Part shown: piece after piece, positions 7,912-15,071 of the stretch
Layout: each line of letters opens with the position of its first letter
Position numbering within the stretch: the stretch's first letter is position 1
NCBI GenBank assembly: GCA_047611865.1
Contig: JBLFWS010000035.1
Coordinates: 1 to 23,961, forward strand
Source: Chlamydiales bacterium
GTDB taxonomy: Bacteria > Chlamydiota > Chlamydiia > Chlamydiales > JBDQID01
Direction: 5' to 3'
DNA: 23,961 nt
Notes under the pieces: generated by a model
Told to the model about the DNA's origin: nothing
Seen by the model: the letters and a program-made list of their open reading frames with translations, nothing else
Databases searched by the model: none
Position numbers and translations under genes: made by a program

Positions 7912-9218
7912 TGAATAAGCGAAGTATGAAACCATTTCTGGTATTTTTCATTTTGTTTTTCTTTGTGATTCCAGCTTTAGTCATGTCTGCAGAGGAATTG
8001 AATAAAAGCAGAATCCTTAAGGTTGTCAATGATTTAGCTCGGCAGCATGATCGACTCAGTGACGAAATAGAAAAGCTCAAAAGGCTTTTGGGTGCTCACT
8101 CTGAGCTGGATGGCCTAAAGGTTCTTGAGGCAAGAGCTGGCATGCCTGAAAGGTTGAGGATACGGCTGGAAGATGGAATCAAGGCTTTTAATGAAGGGGA
8201 TTTTATTCAGGCAAAAGAAGATTTTTATCTCGCCTGGGAAAACGATTCAGATAGTTATATTACCAACTTTAACTTAGGGCTAGCTTATTATCGACTTGAC
8301 CAGATCCCTCTAGCGAAAAGAATGTTTAAGGTTGCACTTGAAGGAAATTCCAAAATGCCTGAATCGGATAAAATTAAAGATTATCTTGCGGGGGGCGTGT
8401 CAGAGAGAATATCTACTGAGAAGCTTAGTAAAGAGGAACAGGTACTTCATACGGAATTGGTGAATCTTAAGAATGAAGCTGATAGCTATATCAAAGCAAG
8501 TAACCTAACATCTTCAGCAAAGATGAAAGCTTCTGTTGCAACGATGAAAAATATGTTGTTGAAAGCCGAATCTAGTAAGAAGCTTGTGGAAGAATTCTAT
8601 TTACCCGTAGCGGAGGTTTTCTCGGCATATGAAATGTTTGATGAGGCTTTTGCGGTATTTGAGAAATACGAAAAAAGTATGTCAGGAAAAGTACTCCCGG
8701 CAGATTATCATGCAAAGAAACTTTATGCAGAGGAAAAGCTTTCCGAGCAACGAAAAGTCCTGGAGGGTTATAAAAATAACGAGCCAGATCTTGCTATCAG
8801 GCAAACTCTTACCAGAGATCTTCATGAGCTAGGTATATTTAAGGCGCAGCTAGAAGAGTTTGTAACAGAGGCGGGGACGGGGGACGAGGACTTTGATAAG
8901 ATTTGTCAGCGTCTCCGTGAATATCGTTGGGGAAATAAATCAGGAAGGCATGTAATTGTTGTGAATCGCTTTCAGGAGCTTTTGTACAGCTCTCTCCCGG
9001 GGACTTTGCCTTTGTATCGTTACAAAGACGAAAAGGGTAGGGCTTTTTTAAAGGATATTACAATGATTCCTAAAGATCTGAATGGGGAGGATGCCAAGTT
9101 TTTCCCTGTTGATCTCAATGTAAATGGGAAGATTATTCCTTACGTTGTTATGTACGCCTATGCTCCCAAGCACGGAGCCTTTATTATTGTAAGGCTCCCA
9201 AGGGCTGACTTGAGCTGA
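7911..9218 (+). CDS. Secreted/periplasmic TPR protein with C-terminal Cache-like domain
   Basis: Signal peptide (MKPFLVFFILFFFVIPALVMSA-EE), coiled coil, TPR pair (GIKAFNEGDFIQAKEDFYLA; FNLGLAYYRLDQIPLAKRMFKVAL) and a C-terminal YKDEKGRAFLKDI motif as in single Cache domains. The start overlaps the flagellin stop (TAATG); an alternative start is 7926. Confidence 0.75.
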   Translation: MNKRSMKPFLVFFILFFFVIPALVMSAEELNKSRILKVVNDLARQHDRLSDEIEKLKRLLGAHSELDGLKVLEARAGMPERLRIRLEDGIKAFNEGDFIQAKEDFYLAWENDSDSYITNFNLGLAYYRLDQIPLAKRMFKVALEGNSKMPESDKIKDYLAGGVSERISTEKLSKEEQVLHTELVNLKNEADSYIKASNLTSSAKMKASVATMKNMLLKAESSKKLVEEFYLPVAEVFSAYEMFDEAFAVFEKYEKSMSGKVLPADYHAKKLYAEEKLSEQRKVLEGYKNNEPDLAIRQTLTRDLHELGIFKAQLEEFVTEAGTGDEDFDKICQRLREYRWGNKSGRHVIVVNRFQELLYSSLPGTLPLYRYKDEKGRAFLKDITMIPKDLNGEDAKFFPVDLNVNGKIIPYVVMYAYAPKHGAFIIVRLPRADLS

Positions 9219-9246
9219 AGATCATTTTTGAAGTCGCATCGTATAT

Positions 9247-10338
9247 TTATCTGATTCTTACACCTTGGTAACCATAAACGACACCGAAGTCACCAGCTTT
9301 TACTACATGAGCTCTTGTCAGAGCTTCTGGTTTTCCCGCATCGCGGTAAATACGGAGTTGAAGGTATTGGCCTTCACTTTCCAACTGAACACTTGGTTCA
9401 AAAGGAAGTTCATGCTCGTTTCCAAGTAGATATTCGCGGTATGCTGTAACTTGTGGGTCTGTGGCGATTTCTGCGCTTGCTTCTCTACCGATATCCATTG
9501 TGAGATCCCTTTTGTGATGCTCAATATCTTTTTTCTTGCCGTGTATTTCACCGAAATGGCTTATGGTCGCAGGGACTGTCATGCCCATCGGCGGGTTTCC
9601 ACTGTTGGCAATTTGTTTGAGGACATGGAGCCTTCTGTTATCGTAGGAGGTGATACTTCCATCAGGCATGGTATACAAGCTGAGGTGTCCTTTGCTTGAG
9701 TCCCATCCTTTATCTCGTAGGGATGTTTCTAGGTCTTTGAGTGTAAGTTCTCCACCAGTGAGGCTTCCGGCGATAGTCGCGTGGGAGAAGTTGACATTTT
9801 TGAAAAAATCCAAAGCATATTCTTGTATATCTATGGCAACGTGTGCGGCTTTACGGGTGGAAGTTGTGCTTGCGGAGGTTTTTATTGCCTTCGCTTTAGT
9901 TTTTAGATTTTTTGTAAATTCTCTAAACGAGGTTGTTTTTTCAGGCCTGCGTCCACCTCTGCAAAGTTTTTTAAAACCTTGAGTTATATGATCAATATCT
10001 TCCTTGCTCGTTAAGGGAGATGCTACGATTTCATCGAGTTCTCCCCATTTTTCGGTTTCAATTAGTAAATTTAATCTGTTTTCTTGTGGAAAGAGTTGTC
10101 TAGCAATAAATTCAGCTGAGGGTGAGGGGGATGCACTCGCTTCTTCAAATAGTTGCTTGACAGTGTGTGTGCTTTTTCTAGTTGTTGTTTCTAAGGAGGC
10201 TGCGACGAGCTCGCTTGAAGCATGGGGTGTTGGGAGGCATCCTTCTGCATCATCGTACAGTCCTTTTACAGTTGGGGCTGAACGGTAGTGTGCCATTGGC
10301 TGATATAGAATGAGTGCCGTGCATGTTGATAAAGACAT
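9247..10338 (-). CDS. Putative secreted effector with ParB/Srx-like toxin-type domain
   Basis: RBS AGGAGG and a Ser/Thr-rich N-terminus. VNFSHATI...LETSLRDKGW...MPDGSITSYDNRRLHVL resembles the (I)RFSQ...MPDG.LTSxDNRRL motif of ParB-like polymorphic toxin tips. Confidence 0.65.
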   Translation of the reverse strand: MSLSTCTALILYQPMAHYRSAPTVKGLYDDAEGCLPTPHASSELVAASLETTTRKSTHTVKQLFEEASASPSPSAEFIARQLFPQENRLNLLIETEKWGELDEIVASPLTSKEDIDHITQGFKKLCRGGRRPEKTTSFREFTKNLKTKAKAIKTSASTTSTRKAAHVAIDIQEYALDFFKNVNFSHATIAGSLTGGELTLKDLETSLRDKGWDSSKGHLSLYTMPDGSITSYDNRRLHVLKQIANSGNPPMGMTVPATISHFGEIHGKKKDIEHHKRDLTMDIGREASAEIATDPQVTAYREYLLGNEHELPFEPSVQLESEGQYLQLRIYRDAGKPEALTRAHVVKAGDFGVVYGYQGVRIR

Positions 10339-10434
10339 TGTTATCCTCCTGTTATGTTAGTTATAATTATAATTATAACGTATTAATAATAACATTAAGT
10401 AAAGGGTGTAATAAGTTAGTTTAAAAAAAATAAC

Positions 10435-10463
10435 TTGATCTTTTATTAAGATTTAGTTAAAAT
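10435..10463 (+). promoter_or_regulatory. sigma66/70 promoter in AT-rich divergent intergenic region
   Basis: TTGATC-N17-TAAAAT, 35 bp upstream of the ATG at 10499. Confidence 0.65.
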
Positions 10464-10498
10464 AGTGACATTAATTATTTAATAATAAGGGAATTCTG

Positions 10499-11911
10499 AT
10501 GGTTAAATTTGTTATTTCATCGATTAACGTATGTGAATCGTTGCCCTCGAGCTTTCAAGGGGATTCTGTGGAGATGTTTACTCAGGATTCTCACGAGAGT
10601 CGAGTTCAGCAATTATTTGAAAAAAATATTCCCGCATACCTTATTGGAATAACTGAGATGACCGGTGTTGAAGGCGAAACCCTTTATAGTATCTACGACG
10701 GGCCCAGTATTCACAGTTTTCACGACATGAGTCCCTTATTGCCTGATCCTGAAAAGCAGGTGGAAATCAAAAATATTCATTATTTTGCTCTGGACACTTT
10801 CGATCTTGGAAGTAAAAAGGATGGGGTAGTAGAAAAGAGGCCTTCAAAAAGCAAAAAATTCATTCATATTTCTGGAGATGAGCTTCGTATTTTACCCGCA
10901 ATTTCAGTAGCTCAAGATTATGGTAATCCCTATATTTCAAAAGATGATCAGGCTCAGGCTGCTTTTGTTGTAGCTAATGACTGTTACGAAAGGTCTATCG
11001 CGGCGGCCCCAGATAAGAGTAGATCTTTGCCCCTTATGGGAAAAGCTATGAAATGGGCGTGGTCTTCTGGAGAGCATGGCTTACCCCAGGGAAGACAGCT
11101 TTGCGAAAATATTAGCAATGCCTTCTGGAGGCAACAGGTTAGCAATGCCGCGAAAAAACAGGACAAAGAGGAATTACTAGAAGATATTAAGCAGTTTCTA
11201 AAGGAAAATCCTGGAGTGGGGATCAATGAAATACAGCATGAAACCGAATCTTCTAAACGCGAAATTATTTCAGTGCTACAGAAAATGGAGCATAACGGTG
11301 AAATAATACCGGCGAGAGGCCCAAAGGGTAAGGTTTTTTCTCTGGTAGAAATAATGCCTGTCGAAGAAGCGATTCTCTCTCTTTCTCCTGAAAATGAAGT
11401 AGAGGAGAGGATTATTGATGCTCCCTCATGGAGAGAGGGTGTAGAGTATGGCAAACCTCGCCAAGGGCATCCTGAAGGCAAGGTGATTTATCATATTCAG
11501 GAAATTTTCCAGAATATCGAAGAAAAATACGTAAGCTCTCCTTTTCGATCAAAACTTCGGCTTCTCGCTATGGTTCATGACTCTTTTAAGCATCAGGTTT
11601 CTAAAGATGTACCTAAAAGAGGGGCAAATCACCATGGGGCGTACGCGCGTAAATTTACAGAGAGCTTTACTGATGATGAAGGACTTCTTGAAATTACTCG
11701 TCGTCACGATGATGCTTATAACATCTGGCGAAAAGGGAAGAATAGTGGAGACTGGGAAGCTTCGGAAAATGAAGTCAGGCAGTTAATTTTGGATTTGGGT
11801 GATAATGTAGCCCTCTATCATGCATTTTTTGAATGCGATTGCAAAACGGGCAATAAAACGCATGCTCCTTTTGAGTGGTTTTCAGAGATAATACGCTCCT
11901 CCGAAATGTAA
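10499..11911 (+). CDS. Multidomain protein: effector-like N-terminus, Sel1-like repeat, winged HTH, C-terminal HD-family phosphohydrolase
   Basis: HD motifs GHPEG..H, LLAMVHDSFK, HHG, RHDD and ECD. wHTH IKQFLKENPGVGINEIQHET...VLQKMEHNGEI. Sel1-like AQAAFVVA...KAMKWAWSSGEHG. Confidence 0.75.
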   Translation: MVKFVISSINVCESLPSSFQGDSVEMFTQDSHESRVQQLFEKNIPAYLIGITEMTGVEGETLYSIYDGPSIHSFHDMSPLLPDPEKQVEIKNIHYFALDTFDLGSKKDGVVEKRPSKSKKFIHISGDELRILPAISVAQDYGNPYISKDDQAQAAFVVANDCYERSIAAAPDKSRSLPLMGKAMKWAWSSGEHGLPQGRQLCENISNAFWRQQVSNAAKKQDKEELLEDIKQFLKENPGVGINEIQHETESSKREIISVLQKMEHNGEIIPARGPKGKVFSLVEIMPVEEAILSLSPENEVEERIIDAPSWREGVEYGKPRQGHPEGKVIYHIQEIFQNIEEKYVSSPFRSKLRLLAMVHDSFKHQVSKDVPKRGANHHGAYARKFTESFTDDEGLLEITRRHDDAYNIWRKGKNSGDWEASENEVRQLILDLGDNVALYHAFFECDCKTGNKTHAPFEWFSEIIRSSEM

Positions 11912-11975
11912 GCCCCCTCTATAGTCTTTCTGCCCGGACCCGTTAAGGGGGGGGGGGGGTGTATTATTAGGATGA

Positions 11976-12116
11976 GGGGAATTAGATCTTTTTGACTTTT
12001 CCATTTTTAGGCCTTTGTGCACGCTTTAAGTTCTTATTTTATTAGGAATGGAAAAGATAAAGCCATGGATATTCTTCAATTCGCTGGACTCCATGGCGCA
12101 GATCCCGAGATACGTT
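11976..12116 (+). repeat. Diverged duplicate of ssb leader and first 17 codons (direct repeat of 14460..14606)
   Basis: Shared blocks GGGGAATTAG, ACTTTTCCATTTTTAGGC, TTTTATTAGGAATGGAAAAGATAAAG and TGGCGCAGATCCCGAGA.ACGTT. Confidence 0.9.
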
Positions 12117-12166
12117 CAAATCTAAATTATGGAATGAAATGTCCGATAAATCTTGATAAGCTATGA
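12065..12166 (+). pseudogene. ssb 5' relic (33-codon ORF)
   Basis: Translates MDILQFAGLHGADPEIR..., compared with ssb MNIVEIAGRLGADPETR. Confidence 0.8.
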
Positions 12167-12250
12167 GCTTAAAGAGGTAGTCGCAATCTTCAAAAAAAAG
12201 TTTCGTCAGGAGGCGTTGAAATAAAGAACAATTGTTGATATCTTAGGGAT

Positions 12251-13633
12251 ATGGAAGTCGAAGAATCAGTAAGAAAAGTCCTCGGAACACTTCCTAACCT
12301 TCACGGGCGAAAGGAAGAGGATCTGAAATTTCTGATAATGTTCTCTTCAGGAGCAGATAGCACCGCTTTGCTGCTCTTTCTACTAAAAAATACCTGTTAT
12401 AACATTCACGTTCACCATGTAGAATTTAGGACGGCGCATAAGCGTTACTGCGCCGAAAGTGAAGCTACAAAAAAGATTCTTGCTCTGTGTAGAGAGGAGT
12501 ATCGAGATTTTGAGGAAAGTTATTCCGTTTATAATGAAGGGGAGGAAAATGGTTTCGTATATCAAATCTGTGATGAACCCATATGGGCTTTTATTGGAGC
12601 TCGTATGTGGTATAAGATCGGAGGTTATGATGTACTGTGTTTGGGGTTTATCTCCGACGACAATTATTGTTGCGGAGATGATTATAGTGTAATGTCACCA
12701 AAATTAGTATTGAATGCTTTGTTTTATAAGAATGATTCTAACAGAGATAGGACAGCACCGGATCTAGCCTATCCTTTAGCCCATAGCTCAAAAAATGAAG
12801 TTGTAAATAGTCTACCTCAGAAATTCAAAGAGCTTTCCTGGTCTTGTCGTCAGCCGGATTTTAATGATTCAGGAGAGTACAAGTGTTGTGATGCTTGTGG
12901 GGCTTGTTTACAGATTATCAAAGCGCAATTTGAAAATGAGGAAAAAGAACTTATAGCCTCACTAAGAGAATGGAGGGATCCGGGTATCTCTACTGGTGTA
13001 GATATCACAAGATTAATAATCTATACTCTCTACTACATGAAGATACCGCATTCTCAATACATCTTGGAAAAGTATTCTGGCTTCCTGGGAAAAGATTCTT
13101 TTAGACTTCTCTTTTTTGTGCATATCCGCTTTGCAACTGAGTGTAATGATATGTTGGATATCTGTTTTTCCGAAGGGAAGATAACAGTAGAAGAGTTGAA
13201 CTCTTTTATCGTTAATGAGGTAAGCAGCCGAAATCAAGATGCATATGGAGATGAATTCTTTTCTCGCATCACGTTTTTTATGAGAAAATACGGCAAGTAT
13301 ATTACTCCAGAAAGTGGAAATAGCTTACTTCTTTCTTTACAGAGAAAGGGACATTCGTTTGTTGACTTACAGCATTTTTTTGTAGATGAGGTAGGTATTG
13401 ATGTAGGTTTAGTTTTTGAAGCAATGATGTCTTCTTGTGATGAGGAGGTTTTGGAAGAGCGGTCTGTCGATTTTCTAGAGCGATTCTCTGGTAGCATTAG
13501 CGATGAAAGCCTGGAGAAATCTATAGGGACATTAATAAACAGGGGAGAGCATCTCAGAGTTAATAAGCGTACGATCTATAATAAAATAATAGAAAAAGGA
13601 TTTCGTCCCACTAAAGATTACCCCCTCTTTTAG
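12251..13633 (+). CDS. QueC-like PP-loop (adenine nucleotide alpha hydrolase) enzyme with unknown helical C-terminal half
   Basis: PP-loop LIMFSSGADST, followed by PLAHSSKNEV and the zinc motif SWSCRQP...CDACGAC typical of the QueC family; about 230 extra C-terminal residues. Confidence 0.75.
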   Translation: MEVEESVRKVLGTLPNLHGRKEEDLKFLIMFSSGADSTALLLFLLKNTCYNIHVHHVEFRTAHKRYCAESEATKKILALCREEYRDFEESYSVYNEGEENGFVYQICDEPIWAFIGARMWYKIGGYDVLCLGFISDDNYCCGDDYSVMSPKLVLNALFYKNDSNRDRTAPDLAYPLAHSSKNEVVNSLPQKFKELSWSCRQPDFNDSGEYKCCDACGACLQIIKAQFENEEKELIASLREWRDPGISTGVDITRLIIYTLYYMKIPHSQYILEKYSGFLGKDSFRLLFFVHIRFATECNDMLDICFSEGKITVEELNSFIVNEVSSRNQDAYGDEFFSRITFFMRKYGKYITPESGNSLLLSLQRKGHSFVDLQHFFVDEVGIDVGLVFEAMMSSCDEEVLEERSVDFLERFSGSISDESLEKSIGTLINRGEHLRVNKRTIYNKIIEKGFRPTKDYPLF

Positions 13634-13749
13634 ATCTAAGTGCCTCACCCTCATAAACATCGGCTACGTATCAGTGGCCTATTTTTATTAGTAATTTTGA
13701 ATGGTCTCTCAGTTTGAAGAGTGATATCATCAAATGCTTGCAGAAATGC

Positions 13750-14345
13750 GGTATGGTTCAATTCAAGGTAACACTTTTTCCTAAGCCTATAGGCTGTCTG
13801 ACCAAAACCTCGGATGACTTAAGAGAAGCGAAGGAATTTGTGCTTATGTAACTGAGTCATGCCCGGTCTTCTAAAAATGCAGGGTATCAAAATTGACAAA
13901 CGTTTTGTTCTTTGCTTATATTGGAGAGGTGCCACTACCGTGGCATAGAATCTTTTTTTCCTAGCCCCGATCTAAAGCACGGGGCTGTCAAGAGGGAAGA
14001 CCACTACCGTGGCCTTAAGAAGAAATCACCTATACACCTCTCTCCAACAAAGAAATAAAATTATCCCATTATTAGCTAATTTGAATAAGCCGTCTATGGA
14101 TAACTCCTAATAGCCACGGTAGTGGCTCTGTCTCCAAATAGCCCTGTGCTTTAGCTCAGGGGATGAACGGTACACATTTCGTGCCACGGTAGTGGCACCT
14201 CTCCAATACTTCAAGAACAGGTAGCTTAAGCATAGCTTTACTTTTCTCGATTTAGCCTTCGCAATTTTGGCAATTAGACATATTCTAACGGCATGATCCC
14301 ACAACCCTTTTTGTTACCTAAAAAAGCCTCTTTCTGAACCATGCC
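13750..14345 (+). mobile_element. Complete 596-bp non-autonomous element (MITE-like) with TIRs, near-perfect 8-bp TSD and internal palindromes
   Basis: Ends GGTATGGTTCA / TGAACCATGCC (10/11 inverted); flanks AGAAATGC (13742..13749) and AGAAATTC (14346..14353); second copy at 365..755; no credible ORF. Confidence 0.85.
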
Positions 14346-14554
14346 AGAAATTCGAACTAAAGGAGGAGCTCGCTTTAGAAAGGGTTTTTTTAAAAAATAA
14401 TTTTTTCTTTAGCAAGGAAAAACCTCTTTCATAGAATCAAGTAAGAGATTTCTTAAGCGGGGGAATTAGGTCTTTTAACTTTTCCATTTTTAGGCTATTG
14501 TGGTAGCTCTAAGCTCTTATTTTTATTAGGAATGGAAAAGATAAAGGAAAGATC

Positions 14555-15055
14555 ATGAATATAGTTGAAATCGCCGGACGCCTTGGCGCAGATCCCGAGA
14601 CACGTTACACTCCCAGTAACCAAAAAGTTACCTCTCTACGCGTAGCAGCACGCACTTTCAAGAGTGGGAAAGAAGACACCATATGGTGGCGCGTTACATG
14701 CTGGGGAGACCGCTTTGACAAGATGCTGAGCTACCTCAAGAAAGGCAGCGCTGTAATCATTATCGGTGAGTTGCAGAAGCCCGATGTTTGGAAAGACCGA
14801 GATGGGAATTCTCAGGTTTCTATGGAACTCACAGCTGAGATGATTAAGTTCAGTCCATTTGGCAAGGGTGACCAGGAAGACTCCAATCAAGAAGGTTCCA
14901 ATCAGGAAAGTGGAGGCGTAGGCTTCCAGAAAGGACAGCAAAACTCTTCCGGACAGAACAATCTTGGCGACTCAGGCTCCTTTGGTGGGTCCGGATCTTC
15001 AGTGGAGATGTCTTCAACACCTGTGGATTCCAGCGATGATGGGCTGCCTTTCTAA
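14555..15055 (+). CDS. ssb: Single-stranded DNA-binding protein
   Basis: MNIVEIAGRLGADPETRYT...WWRVTCWG...LKKGSAVIIIGEL OB fold, Gly/Ser-rich linker and acidic tip DDGLPF. Confidence 0.98.
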   Translation: MNIVEIAGRLGADPETRYTPSNQKVTSLRVAARTFKSGKEDTIWWRVTCWGDRFDKMLSYLKKGSAVIIIGELQKPDVWKDRDGNSQVSMELTAEMIKFSPFGKGDQEDSNQEGSNQESGGVGFQKGQQNSSGQNNLGDSGSFGGSGSSVEMSSTPVDSSDDGLPF

Positions 15056-15071
15056 ATAAGGGAATAAAAAG

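Noticed and set aside
11947..11959. G13 tract as a phase-variation switch
   Set aside because: It is intergenic with no demonstrable promoter spanning it; another long G run lies in a dead IS, and homopolymer length may be an artefact.
13919..14208. CRISPR array from GCCACGGTAGTGGC repeats at ~70-bp spacing
   Set aside because: The repeats switch orientation, the spacers are homologous to each other, there are only two per arm, and no cas genes are present.
14107..14304. 65-aa ORF
   Set aside because: It lies within the MITE across palindromes and has no protein features.
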